From sequence record PV357171.2: a stretch of DNA of 64,000 nucleotides. The stretch is one strand, 5' to 3'. The position numbers and the translations under genes were made by a program. The notes below the pieces were generated by a model. The model worked only from the letters and a program-made list of their open reading frames with translations, was not told where the DNA came from and made no database searches. The DNA comes from a phage. Positions 1 through 7,591 of the stretch are shown piece by piece (the stretch's first letter is position 1; each line of letters starts with the position of its first letter).

Positions 1-1
1 A

Positions 2-256
2 ACTGGTATTGAAAGCTCAGTATGTAAATCCTGGGGTGGTTGGGAAGGTGAGATCGAGTGGCTTTATTTCTACAATGTAGAACTTCTTCCAGAGATCAAA
101 GCTCAATGTATTGAGGCTGGTATGGCTCCTGATGCTACGGCTGATGTTGAAATCAGCATGAATAAGCTAGAGGGTCGAGTAGTCACTGTTACTGATGAAG
201 GTGAAGAGGTATTCGAACTTCCATTCACTTTGAAAGTCACTCCTTCATTTGATTAA
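2..256 (+). CDS. hypothetical protein, 3' end only (start upstream of window)
   Basis: Frame open from window start to TAA at 254-256, no internal stop. Confidence 0.45.
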   Translation, partial: TGIESSVCKSWGGWEGEIEWLYFYNVELLPEIKAQCIEAGMAPDATADVEISMNKLEGRVVTVTDEGEEVFELPFTLKVTPSFD

Positions 257-312
257 CTGATACAGCACTGAGCAAGTTCTTTAAAATTTGACTTGCTCAG
301 TACCTTAAAACT

Positions 313-321
313 TGGTATAAT
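313..321 (+). promoter_or_regulatory. extended -10 promoter element (TGGTATAAT)
   Basis: TGnTATAAT match read in the intergenic region after the first CDS. Confidence 0.3.
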
Positions 322-379
322 AGTTATCTAATTTGGAAACATATTTAAAAGTATTCAAATACTAGTTTAAACACTTTTA

Positions 380-468
380 AATGTACATCGTTGGCAGAAT
401 GGCTATTGTAGCGGTCTGTAAATCCGTGCCCTTCGGGATTGGTGGTTCGAATCTTACACGGCCCGCCA
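380..468 (+). other. degenerate tRNA-like element
   Basis: GGTTCGAATC T-loop-like motif and 3' GCCA, but T-stem and acceptor stem do not pair. Confidence 0.2.
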
Positions 469-570
469 AATTCTGTGTAGAGTTAAGTAAACCGGTAGCC
501 AACCAGCTATCATTGCTGACATCGAATTCAGCCACAGATACCATTTTCATTAATAACTGAGGAAATAGAT

Positions 571-756
571 ATGACAACTCGTGCAATTGCTCGACTAGAA
601 GCTGATCGTGATAATCTGATTAATAATATTAAGGTTCGTGGTAATATTATTAAGGCTCTGAAAGCTGAACTTCTTGAAGAACTTCAAGGTCAAGTAGAGC
701 GTCGTGAAGCTCTAAAAGAGGTTGAGGAAGCTATCGAAAAACTCAAAGCTGAGTAA
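571..756 (+). CDS. hypothetical small coiled-coil protein
   Basis: 61-aa ORF with GAGGA Shine-Dalgarno upstream of ATG. Confidence 0.5.
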   Translation: MTTRAIARLEADRDNLINNIKVRGNIIKALKAELLEELQGQVERREALKEVEEAIEKLKAE

Positions 757-759
757 ATT

Positions 760-1341
760 ATGCACGGAATATCCTTACCAATTCCAGGGTTTGAGGAGTA
801 CTTAGTAAGTTTGGATGGGTTAGTATTTAGTATCAAATCAAACAAAATACTAACCCCAATAACCAGTAATTACGGATACTTATCTATACGTCTCCATAAA
901 AATGGTCAACAGAGAAATACCGGTGTACATAGGATTTTAGCATGTGCATTTAAGAAATTACCAAGTCTAGACTCTGAACTAGAAGTTGACCATATTAACA
1001 CAGACATTACTTATTGGGGTCTTAATAACTTACAAGTGCTCACAAAAGAGCAGCATCTAGAAAAGACTTTAAAAGATAAAGGATTTAGTAAACTAAACCA
1101 TGATAATTGTTGTAAGGATTGTGGTAAAGCTATTTCTTTAAAAGCTGAAAAATGTCAGGAGTGCTCTTCACATAAACCAAAAGATATCTCTATAACTAAA
1201 GAAATAATCGAGGTTACAGTAAGAGAGCTAGGCTGGTCAGGTGCAGGGAGAAAGTTAAGTTATTCAGATAATGGGTTGCGTAAAAGATACACTTCTTTAG
1301 GAGGCAATCCTAAAGAACTTAAAAAGTTAAAGGTACTATAG
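760..1341 (+). CDS. HNH homing endonuclease
   Basis: 193 aa; ELEVDHIN HNH-type motif and C-terminal CxxC pairs; paralog of 3431..4015. Confidence 0.75.
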   Translation: MHGISLPIPGFEEYLVSLDGLVFSIKSNKILTPITSNYGYLSIRLHKNGQQRNTGVHRILACAFKKLPSLDSELEVDHINTDITYWGLNNLQVLTKEQHLEKTLKDKGFSKLNHDNCCKDCGKAISLKAEKCQECSSHKPKDISITKEIIEVTVRELGWSGAGRKLSYSDNGLRKRYTSLGGNPKELKKLKVL

Positions 1342-1406
1342 TCTAACGGTTAGGATACTCCCCTGTCACGGGAGAGGTAGGGTTTCGATTACCCTTAGTA
1401 CCGCCA
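1332..1406 (+). tRNA. tRNA-Asp (anticodon GTC)
   Basis: Acceptor GGTACTA/TAGTACC, anticodon loop CTGTCAC, T-loop TTTCGATT, 3' GCCA; overlaps the stop of the HNH CDS. Confidence 0.75.
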
Positions 1407-1412
1407 AATTAT

Positions 1413-1489
1413 ACATCCATAGCTCAATTGGTTAGAGCTACCGCCTCTTAAGCGGTAGGTTCTAGGTTCAAGTCCTAGTGGGTGTACCA
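1413..1489 (+). tRNA. tRNA-Lys (anticodon CTT)
   Basis: Acceptor ACATCCA/TGGGTGT with one G-U pair, anticodon stem ACCGC/GCGGT, loop CTCTTAA, T-loop TTCAAGT, 3' ACCA. Confidence 0.65.
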
Positions 1490-1571
1490 AACATCAGAGC
1501 AGCGTGATGTACTGCAAAGACCCAAAGTCCGGGGTGGACTTCTTGATTCAAAGGAGCAGGCACTAATTATC

Positions 1572-1693
1572 ATTCTAGCGTGGTGGAGAGGGGACACCAG
1601 CTTGCCGAGGGTAGAAGCTCGTTCGATTCGAGTGAAAGAATGGTTCTCGTAAATCCGCACAAGTGATAGCAGGTTCAAGTCCTGCCTAGATTG
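1572..1693 (+). other. tRNA-like element(s), non-canonical
   Basis: Two T-arm-like hairpins (GCTCG-TTCGATT-CGAGT and GCAGG-TTCAAGT-CCTGC) with no clean acceptor pairing or CCA. Confidence 0.2.
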
Positions 1694-1702
1694 ACTTATT
1701 AT

Positions 1703-1776
1703 GCGTTCGTAGTTAAAAGGTATAATTTTTGGTTGCCAACCAGAAGTTGAGGGTTCGATTCCCTCCGACCGCACCA
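1703..1776 (+). tRNA. tRNA-Gly (anticodon GCC)
   Basis: Acceptor GCGTTCG/CGACCGC (one mismatch), anticodon loop TTGCCAA, T-arm GAGGG-TTCGATT-CCCTC, 3' ACCA. Confidence 0.65.
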
Positions 1777-2029
1777 AATTTAGGTTTCTGCTTCCTAGAG
1801 AACGGACTCCTAGATAAACAAGGCGATGAGTTTCCGGCCGGTTCTAGTCGCTGAAAATCCTCCCGACCAGGTAGGTGTAAGTAAATGAAAGTTTACTTAT
1901 TGAGTAGGTTCCGATAGACCGGCGGGTCTATTCTGGCATTTAAGAGAGGTCTCGCAAACTTCTTTGTCAGCCGTGGGGTTGGTAGCCTCCAGGTGGCCTA
2001 CACAATAAGTAAATTTATTAAAAATTCAT

Positions 2030-2058
2030 TTGCTATTCTGCTTAATTCTCTGTATAAT
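2030..2058 (+). promoter_or_regulatory. sigma70-type promoter (TTGCTA-N17-TATAAT) with A/T-rich upstream tract
   Basis: -35/-10 hexamers with 17-bp spacer read directly; 32 nt upstream of tRNA-Pro. Confidence 0.6.
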
Positions 2059-2089
2059 ATATTTTATAAAGTGAGTTAACAAAAATTAA

Positions 2090-2165
2090 CAGTGCGTAGC
2101 GCAGTTGGTAGCGTGGGAGCCTTGGGTGCTTCGGGTCGCAGGTTCGAGTCCTGCCGCACTGACCA
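2090..2165 (+). tRNA. tRNA-Pro (anticodon TGG)
   Basis: Acceptor CAGTGCG/CGCACTG, anticodon stem GGAGC/GCTTC, loop CTTGGGT, T-arm GCAGG-TTCGAGT-CCTGC, 3' ACCA. Confidence 0.75.
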
Positions 2166-2171
2166 AACAAT

Positions 2172-2249
2172 TGCGGGTTAGATCTCTGGTAGAGATCGCT
2201 AGTCTCATAAGCTAGAAAGAGGTAGGTTCGATTCCTGCACCCGCTTCCA
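2172..2249 (+). tRNA. tRNA-Met (anticodon CAT); could be elongator, initiator or Ile2
   Basis: D-stem GATC/GATC, anticodon stem CTAGT/GCTAG, loop CTCATAA, T-loop TTCGATT, 3' TCCA; 1:72 positions T/T unpaired. Confidence 0.65.
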
Positions 2250-2269
2250 TTTTAATAGAGGATTTCGAA

Positions 2270-2434
2270 ATGAAAGTATTTCGATTAGTAGTAAGTGACA
2301 AACGGTTAGGTAAGAATACATCAAAATCCTTACTTGCTCATTATGGTAAAAATTGGGATGAAGTAATGGCAGAGTTTAATACTAATCACCCTTACTTGAA
2401 AGTTCACTCTATTAAGGAAGTTTATGCTTATTAA
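2270..2434 (+). CDS. hypothetical small protein (54 aa)
   Basis: ATG preceded by TAGAGGA Shine-Dalgarno; below the 60-aa cutoff of the ORF track. Confidence 0.3.
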   Translation: MKVFRLVVSDKRLGKNTSKSLLAHYGKNWDEVMAEFNTNHPYLKVHSIKEVYAY

Positions 2435-2897
2435 CAGGGTGCTTCAAGCTCTAGATCTTCCAGAGCTCTTTACTATTACCGACCCCTTAATACATCGGTA
2501 TATGGAAAAGTATAATGAAATCTCTGGTAAAAAAGGGAAACTAAAATCCTCAGAATTTAAGTTCTGTTATAGAATGGCAGCATTAAACCTCTTAAAGTAC
2601 AAGAGGGAGCATAAAATCCCTATAACAGAAGGATTTGTCTATGTAATAGGTAGTCCAGCATGGCCTGGACTATATAAGATAGGTATGACAGTAGATGTGA
2701 ATGAAAGACTGTCTAGTTATCAAACATATTCGCCTTATCGTGATTACAAGTTATACCATTTCAGATTCTCCTCGGACAAGAGAAGAACTGAAAAAGCATT
2801 ACATAACCTTCTGAAGGACTACAAAGTATCAGGAGAATGGTTTGAAGTACCTCTGTTAGACGCCTTCAAACTATTAGTAGAAAATTTGGATTGCTAA
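2424..2897 (+). CDS. T5orf172 / GIY-YIG-like domain protein
   Basis: 157 aa; GFVYVIGSPAWPGLYKIGMT...ERL matches the T5orf172 (MUG113) domain pattern. Confidence 0.65.
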   Translation: MLINRVLQALDLPELFTITDPLIHRYMEKYNEISGKKGKLKSSEFKFCYRMAALNLLKYKREHKIPITEGFVYVIGSPAWPGLYKIGMTVDVNERLSSYQTYSPYRDYKLYHFRFSSDKRRTEKALHNLLKDYKVSGEWFEVPLLDAFKLLVENLDC

Positions 2898-2965
2898 CTC
2901 AACTGGATAAGAGTACCGGACCTTTAATCCGTCAGTTCTGGGTTCGAATCCCAGGCAATCCACCA
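2888..2965 (+). tRNA. tRNA, anticodon probably TTT (Lys), isotype uncertain
   Basis: Acceptor GGATTGC/GCAATCC, T-arm CTGGG-TTCGAAT-CCCAG, 3' ACCA; anticodon stem has a top mismatch and C at position 33; 5' end overlaps the upstream CDS. Confidence 0.55.
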
Positions 2966-2983
2966 ATTTCAAGAAAAACTCAG

Positions 2984-3012
2984 TTGCTTGATGCTTAATT
3001 TCTTGTTATAAT
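2984..3012 (+). promoter_or_regulatory. sigma70-type promoter (TTGCTT-N17-TATAAT)
   Basis: Hexamers with 17-bp spacer; followed by palindrome TGATGAGGAGAAATCCTCATCA. Confidence 0.55.
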
Positions 3013-3250
3013 ATTTATATAAATTGATGAGGAGAAATCCTCATCATAGTTCACTAAGGTATTAGCTCGACCTAGGACTGGCTGCCAAAAAGCACGATCC
3101 CTACGATTTGGGAGAAGTTCTAGATTAGTCCACTAGATTCAGCGGCAACTGAATAGTGTATCGGTTTTGCGAGATGACGCGGTTCCTTCCGCTCGAAGCG
3201 AAGGTGCTGTAGTTACGCCGAGCTAATAGCCTTAGTAAACTAAGGAATTT

Positions 3251-3324
3251 GGGGATATAGTTTAATGGTAGAACATCTGCTTTGCACGCAGAAGACGAGG
3301 GTTCAACTCCCTCTTTCTCCACCA
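3251..3324 (+). tRNA. tRNA-Ala (anticodon TGC)
   Basis: Acceptor GGGGATA/TTTCTCC, anticodon stem TCTGC/GCAGA, loop TTTGCAC, T-arm GAGGG-TTCAACT-CCCTC, 3' ACCA. Confidence 0.7.
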
Positions 3325-3329
3325 AATTT

Positions 3330-3414
3330 GGGGCTATGCTGGAACTGGTAGACAATACGGCCTTAGATTCCGTAGCTTAAATGCGTGGGAGTTCGAGTCT
3401 CCCTAGCCCCACCA
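3330..3414 (+). tRNA. tRNA-Leu (anticodon TAG), long variable arm
   Basis: Acceptor GGGGCTA/TAGCCCC, anticodon loop CTTAGAT, 85 nt with extra arm, T-arm GGGAG-TTCGAGT-CTCCC, 3' ACCA. Confidence 0.7.
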
Positions 3415-3430
3415 ACTTATAGGGTAATGT

Positions 3431-4015
3431 ATGCAGTTTGTACCAATAAAAGATGCACCAGGGTATTTAGTAAATGAAACAGGGGATGTGTTATCTACAT
3501 TTACTAATAAAATCTTATCAAGATATATAGTTGATGGGTACCCTGCTGTAAAATTACAGATAAATGGTAAGCAAACTTCGGTACTTATACACCGAATTAT
3601 TTCTCATGTATTTGGGGACTTATATAATCTATTTGACCCTGAATTAGAAGTAGATCACAAGGATAGAGATAGGCTGAATCTATCTAAAGATAATCTTCAA
3701 GTTTTATCAAAAATAGAACATCAGAAGAAAACTAATAAAGATAATGGATGGTCTGATAGTAGAGTACCTTGCCCCTTATGTGGAAATCTAATGCTTCAGA
3801 GATCAGTAACATGTACAAATTGTAAGCCAAAACCTACAGGAAAGTTAATAAAACCAGAATTGTCCTTAGAAGACATAACTGAAAAGGTTTTATTAATGGG
3901 GTGGGTTAAGGCAGCTAAAGATCTAGAAGTATCAGAGTCCACTTTACGTAGACGATATACTAAACTAACCGGATTAAGCCCGAAAGTATTAACAGAACAA
4001 CGGAAAAGCAAATAG
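3431..4015 (+). CDS. HNH homing endonuclease
   Basis: 194 aa; ELEVDHKDRD HNH motif, C-terminal CPLCG...CTNC zinc-finger-like pairs; paralog of 760..1341. Confidence 0.75.
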   Translation: MQFVPIKDAPGYLVNETGDVLSTFTNKILSRYIVDGYPAVKLQINGKQTSVLIHRIISHVFGDLYNLFDPELEVDHKDRDRLNLSKDNLQVLSKIEHQKKTNKDNGWSDSRVPCPLCGNLMLQRSVTCTNCKPKPTGKLIKPELSLEDITEKVLLMGWVKAAKDLEVSESTLRRRYTKLTGLSPKVLTEQRKSK

Positions 4016-4095
4016 ACTGGTGACTAAACCCGATTGGAAATCGGTTGAGTGGTAGCAATACCGCCTTATGGGTTCAACTCCCATCTTTTCCGCCA
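4002..4095 (+). tRNA. tRNA-Ser (anticodon GGA), long variable arm
   Basis: Acceptor GGAAAAG/CTTTTCC, anticodon loop TTGGAAA, 94 nt, T-arm ATGGG-TTCAACT-CCCAT, 3' GCCA; overlaps the 3' end of the HNH CDS. Confidence 0.6.
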
Positions 4096-4107
4096 AACAA
4101 TTTATAT

Positions 4108-4202
4108 GGTAGGTCAATCCAATGGCTGGCGCTGGACTCCGACTTGAAATCGGTTGATCGTAGTGATACGGTGTAAGGGTTCGATCCCCTTACCTACCTC
4201 CA
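4108..4202 (+). tRNA. tRNA-Ser (anticodon TGA), long variable arm
   Basis: Acceptor GGTAGGT/ACCTACC, anticodon loop CTTGAAA, T-arm AAGGG-TTCGATC-CCCTT, 3' TCCA. Confidence 0.6.
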
Positions 4203-4253
4203 AATCTTGAAGTATGCCGGAATCGGTAGACGGGGCTGCCTAAAAGGTTTATA

Positions 4254-4340
4254 GGGAACATCCACTCCCTGCAACATACCTCATAAAGCGGCTGAGATAA
4301 ATGGTCTATCTCGTGAAGGTTCAAGTCCTTCTGCTTCTTG
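4254..4340 (+). other. tRNA-like element, no encoded CCA, poor acceptor pairing
   Basis: Clean T-arm GAAGG-TTCAAGT-CCTTC but the acceptor needs wobbles and a mismatch, and the 3' end is TGAT. Confidence 0.25.
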
Positions 4341-4568
4341 ATACATCTATGGCTCAAAGTGTAACGGTGCTATTTGATGCTCTTGGTAAGACTTCCCCGA
4401 CATGCGTTCGGGAGTAAGCTGCTAAGACTAGAGTAGAAGAGTTTCTGAGAGCCGCCACAATTGAAAATTCGTACTCGTCTTGAGCTGCGTGCAATAGGAG
4501 ATAACTTGATTAGTATTCTAGAACATGCTAATTGAGGATGGTTTCGCTAACCCTGCGAGTTTTCAATT

Positions 4569-4645
4569 GTGGCTATATCATAATTGGTTAATGATCCTGA
4601 TTGTGAATCAGGCCTATGTGGATTCGAATTCCACTAGCCACCCCA
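4569..4645 (+). tRNA. tRNA-His (anticodon GTG)
   Basis: Acceptor GTGGCTA/TAGCCAC, anticodon stem CCTGA/TCAGG, loop TTGTGAA, T-arm GTGGA-TTCGAAT-TCCAC, 3' CCCA. Confidence 0.75.
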
Positions 4646-4670
4646 AATTAACTTAAATAGGAAATAAAAT

Positions 4671-4871
4671 ATGGCTGATTTCTGCAAGCAATGCTCCCTT
4701 GATATGTGGGGCAGAGATACTGGTGACTTATCTGGTCTGATTACAGAAGCCGAAGTCAAAGAAGGTTATAGTGCAGTTGTGATTTGTGAAGGCTGCGGTG
4801 TTATCCGTGTAGACCACACCGGTAAGCGTTTGGAAGAACCAGTTCCAATTGCGCAAGTTCCTGTAGAATAA
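4671..4871 (+). CDS. hypothetical small protein with CxxC...CxxC pairs
   Basis: 66 aa; AGGAAA upstream of ATG; CKQC and CEGC pairs suggest a zinc ribbon. Confidence 0.5.
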   Translation: MADFCKQCSLDMWGRDTGDLSGLITEAEVKEGYSAVVICEGCGVIRVDHTGKRLEEPVPIAQVPVE

Positions 4872-4879
4872 AAAATTAT

Positions 4880-4955
4880 TGGAGTGTAGCTCAACTGGCA
4901 GAGCGACGGTTTCTGACACCGTAGGTTTCTAGTTCGATCCTAGACATTCCAGCCA
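4880..4955 (+). tRNA. tRNA-Gln (anticodon CTG)
   Basis: Acceptor TGGAGTG/CATTCCA (one G-U), anticodon stem ACGGT/ACCGT, loop TTCTGAC, T-arm TCTAG-TTCGATC-CTAGA, 3' GCCA. Confidence 0.65.
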
Positions 4956-4961
4956 AACAAT

Positions 4962-5039
4962 TGGGGATTAGCTTAGCTTGGCCTAAAGCTTCGGCCTTTG
5001 AAGTCGAGATCATTGGTTCAAATCCAATATCCCCTGCCA
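4962..5039 (+). tRNA. tRNA-Gln (anticodon TTG)
   Basis: Anticodon stem TCGGC/GTCGA, loop CTTTGAA, T-arm ATTGG-TTCAAAT-CCAAT, 3' GCCA; 1:72 unpaired. Confidence 0.6.
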
Positions 5040-5047
5040 AACAATAA

Positions 5048-5123
5048 GCGATTAAGCACACGGGTTGTGCCGCAGGCCTTCCAAGCCCCGCTGAGTAGGG
5101 TTCGATTCCCTCTAGCCGCTCCA
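5048..5123 (+). tRNA. tRNA, isotype uncertain (possibly Gly, anticodon TCC)
   Basis: Acceptor GCGATTA/TAGCCGC with one mismatch, T-loop TTCGATT, 3' TCCA; anticodon stem is weak. Confidence 0.5.
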
Positions 5124-5140
5124 ACTTTAAGGAAACATTT

Positions 5141-5362
5141 ATGCACGTTTTTGAGTTTCGTGATAAAAGTAACAATAAACGAGTTATTGTTATTGGAGAA
5201 ACATACCTAGCATACGAACAAACTGATGGCTCTGTTATCTTGAATGATGAGAAAGCAAATTTTAGCTTTTATCCAGAAGAACCTTATGAAGAGTTTCGTA
5301 CTAAGTTTCTTTTACCAGACTGGCTAGCAGTAGCCGAGCAACGAGAATCCGAAGATGGCTGA
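5141..5362 (+). CDS. hypothetical protein
   Basis: 73 aa; AAGGAAA Shine-Dalgarno before ATG. Confidence 0.5.
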   Translation: MHVFEFRDKSNNKRVIVIGETYLAYEQTDGSVILNDEKANFSFYPEEPYEEFRTKFLLPDWLAVAEQRESEDG

Positions 5363-5519
5363 TAACCTAAAATTAAGGGTTGACAAACAAAAGAAATACG
5401 TTGAGGTTGAATTAGGCGAAGAACGCTTAAAGCTAACTTTCGAGTTTCTTCAGCAGTTGGCTATGACAGTCATGACTGATAAGTCTCCTGTTATTGAAAA
5501 AGAAATCCCGTTGAAATAG
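5355..5519 (+). CDS. hypothetical small protein (54 aa)
   Basis: ATG overlapping the upstream stop; below ORF-track cutoff; no strong RBS. Confidence 0.3.
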   Translation: MADNLKLRVDKQKKYVEVELGEERLKLTFEFLQQLAMTVMTDKSPVIEKEIPLK

Positions 5520-5527
5520 GAAGCAAC

Positions 5528-5920
5528 ATGGAGTTTACTTGTTTAAATTGCGGAATCACAAAACCTAAAAGTAGGGGTTCCGCAGGTAAGTATTGTGGTG
5601 CTGCTTGTCAGCAGGAGTACCAGACAAAGCAAAAAGTATTAAAGTGGCTGGCAGGTGAAGAACCTGGTTATACTGGTAAAGCTGCACAATTAAAACCTTT
5701 TGTTAGGAAGTGGCTGTGGGATACTCGTGGTACTGCTTGTGAAGTATGTGGTTGGGATGGGAAACATCCAATTGACGGAGCAGTTTTAACTGAGGTAGAT
5801 CATATAGATGGAGATGCAACTAACTGTTCTCCAGAAAATCTAAAGATTCTCTGCCCTAACTGTCACTCTATGACACCTACGCATAGGGCCAGAAATAGAG
5901 TTTCAACAAGACAACGATAG
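5528..5920 (+). CDS. HNH endonuclease (classical HNH with zinc-binding cysteines)
   Basis: 130 aa; EVDHIDGDATNCSPENLKILCPNCH motif. Confidence 0.75.
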   Translation: MEFTCLNCGITKPKSRGSAGKYCGAACQQEYQTKQKVLKWLAGEEPGYTGKAAQLKPFVRKWLWDTRGTACEVCGWDGKHPIDGAVLTEVDHIDGDATNCSPENLKILCPNCHSMTPTHRARNRVSTRQR

Positions 5921-5994
5921 CTCTTAAAGCATTGCTGGCGATGCAACGGTCTTGTAAACCGTGGAACCGGGTTCGATTCCTGGTGGGAGCACCA
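5920..5994 (+). tRNA. tRNA-Thr (anticodon TGT)
   Basis: Acceptor GCTCTTA/TGGGAGC, D-stem GCAT/ATGC, anticodon stem ACGGT/ACCGT, loop CTTGTAA, T-loop TTCGATT, 3' ACCA. Confidence 0.7.
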
Positions 5995-6010
5995 AAATTA
6001 AAAAATTCAT

Positions 6011-6039
6011 TTGCCTTCTCTCTTATTTCTTGTTATAAT
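6011..6039 (+). promoter_or_regulatory. sigma70-type promoter (TTGCCT-N17-TATAAT) with conserved leader
   Basis: Same module as other early promoters: AAAAATTCATTTGC...TATAAT...ATAAATTAATGAGAGG...ATG. Confidence 0.6.
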
Positions 6040-6069
6040 ATTTATATAAATTAATGAGAGGGAAACCAA

Positions 6070-6363
6070 ATGAAACGTTATCTTTCTGTCGTGTTCCAAA
6101 CTGGTGGTCAACGCTACACTTATGAATTTCCTGAGTCCTGGAAAATTAAAGAAGGTGATCAAGTTGTTGTATTAACACCTCGTGAAGGCTTCAAAGTAGT
6201 AACGGTTAAACAAGTATTTCCAAAAGATCACGAACCATCTAAGGCTATTCAGTACAAGATGATTCATGGTCTGGTACGAAAAGTACCTAGAACAGAAGTC
6301 GAAGTAGATAAAACTGGGGAAGCTAAATACCAGTATACCTCTTACTTAGATGAAATGATGTAA
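6070..6363 (+). CDS. hypothetical protein
   Basis: 97 aa; GAGAGGGAAACC leader before ATG. Confidence 0.55.
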   Translation: MKRYLSVVFQTGGQRYTYEFPESWKIKEGDQVVVLTPREGFKVVTVKQVFPKDHEPSKAIQYKMIHGLVRKVPRTEVEVDKTGEAKYQYTSYLDEMM

Positions 6364-6364
6364 T

Positions 6365-6439
6365 GCTCTGATAGTTCAACAGGTTAGAACAGACGACCGA
6401 TAATCGTCAAATCTTGGTTCGATCCCAAGTCGGAGTACC
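6365..6439 (+). tRNA. tRNA-Ile (anticodon GAT)
   Basis: Acceptor GCTCTGA/TCGGAGT with wobbles, anticodon stem GACGA/TCGTC, loop CCGATAA, T-arm CTTGG-TTCGATC-CCAAG, 3' ACCA. Confidence 0.6.
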
Positions 6440-6446
6440 AAATTAT

Positions 6447-6522
6447 AGTTAGTTGGCAGAGTGGTTATGCACCTCCTTCATACGGAGCGACTACAGTGGT
6501 TCAAATCCACTACTAACTACCA
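6447..6522 (+). tRNA. tRNA with anticodon CAT (Met or lysidine-type Ile2)
   Basis: Acceptor AGTTAGT/ACTAACT, anticodon loop TTCATAC, T-arm AGTGG-TTCAAAT-CCACT, 3' ACCA. Confidence 0.65.
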
Positions 6523-6528
6523 AACAGA

Positions 6529-6563
6529 GGATCTGGTCATTGTACCAGATCTCTGTGTTTATT
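6529..6563 (+). terminator. rho-independent terminator
   Basis: Hairpin GGATCTGGT-cattgt-ACCAGATCT followed by a T-rich tract. Confidence 0.5.
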
Positions 6564-6705
6564 AAACTGAATGGGACTATCAATCCACAAGCCGGACTAC
6601 GAGCGATTATCGGGTATTCACTTAATAAACAGCCTGCCCCCCAGTTTTTATCTTGCTTCTGGGTTAACAAAAAGCTGAGCCAAATTCTAATATCAGGGAG
6701 ATCTA

Positions 6706-7074
6706 ATGAAAGCATATCAAAATCTTAAATCCGGCGTAATTAACCTTGTTCATGAAAATCAGATCATTCAGCTATACTCTAAAGACGGTGAACTTAAACA
6801 GAAAGTTCTAGTTGAAGATCTAGAAGGTATCACACCTCACTTTGACCCTGAAGCCTTTCGCATTGTAGATGTGGAAGTGGTTCCCCAAGTCGAGGGTGGT
6901 CAGCACCTAAATGTCAATGTGTTAAGCCGTGATCAGCTTTTAGATGCACAGAAACATCCTGAAAAATATCCTCAGTTGACCATCCGTGTCTCTGGCTATG
7001 CTGTTCGATTTAACGCATTGACGCGTGAACAACAGAACGACGTTATTAGTCGTACATTTACTCAGGCGATATAA
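6706..7074 (+). CDS. hypothetical protein
   Basis: 122 aa; AGGGAG before ATG. Confidence 0.55.
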   Translation: MKAYQNLKSGVINLVHENQIIQLYSKDGELKQKVLVEDLEGITPHFDPEAFRIVDVEVVPQVEGGQHLNVNVLSRDQLLDAQKHPEKYPQLTIRVSGYAVRFNALTREQQNDVISRTFTQAI

Positions 7075-7155
7075 TGGGGTTTGGATACGATTTCTCCCAG
7101 CTACGCAAGGTAGTCGAGCAAACTCCGTTTATCTCCCAAGTTTTAGGAGAAATGT

Positions 7156-7470
7156 GTGGATCGAGCATTAAGACGCCATCACCGGCAACGTGTGAAGAAC
7201 AACCGCAAGAAGTATTGGACAGTCTTTCCACATGAAGAAAGCCCTAAGCGATTAGGTATTATCACTACTACTCCTTGCATCTGTTCTTGCTGGATGTGTG
7301 GGAACCCTCGCAAATATTATAAGAATAGTAAAGCAGGTATGAAAACCTCGGAGATCAGGAAAATGGGAGCAATGATTATGGGCATCTCAAATGATGAATT
7401 TGATGGCTTTGTAGGATTCGGAGAAGGAACTAGCTCAGGCTGTTTCGAATATGAACTCCCCGATCTGTGA
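7156..7470 (+). CDS. hypothetical basic protein (GTG start)
   Basis: 104 aa; AGGAG 6 nt upstream of GTG; an alternative 51-aa ORF from ATG 7074 overlaps. Confidence 0.45.
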   Translation: MDRALRRHHRQRVKNNRKKYWTVFPHEESPKRLGIITTTPCICSCWMCGNPRKYYKNSKAGMKTSEIRKMGAMIMGISNDEFDGFVGFGEGTSSGCFEYELPDL

Positions 7471-7481
7471 TTAACAACAAA

Positions 7482-7515
7482 CCCCAGCTATGGAATAAGT
7501 AGTCTGGGGTTTTTC
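7482..7515 (+). terminator. rho-independent terminator
   Basis: CCCCAG...CTGGGG hairpin followed by TTTTTC. Confidence 0.5.
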
Positions 7516-7591
7516 TATATACAGGTAAATAATTTATGTATAATAAAATTCACCCACATTAGGTTAATTCAAAAGACTTAATGGAGGTAAT

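Noticed and set aside
377-586. 69-aa - strand ORF and a possible tRNA at 380-468
   Set aside because: The ORF overlaps a tRNA-like remnant and has no RBS; the tRNA-like element has a T-loop motif and CCA but neither the T-stem nor the acceptor stem pairs, so it is not called as a functional tRNA.
1475-1777. 100-aa - strand ORF in the track (also 3125..3355 -, 4891..5175 -, 4998..5210 +, 6453..6728 +, 6491..6715 -, 3796..4011 -, 4728..4919 -)
   Set aside because: These lie across or antisense to clearly folded tRNA genes or inside better-supported + strand CDSs, lack ribosome-binding sites, and are most likely chance ORFs.
7074-7229. 51-aa ORF starting at ATG 7074 overlapping the stop of the upstream gene
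   Set aside because: It overlaps the 104-aa GTG-initiated ORF 7156..7470, which has a better Shine-Dalgarno; only one is likely real and the longer was kept.
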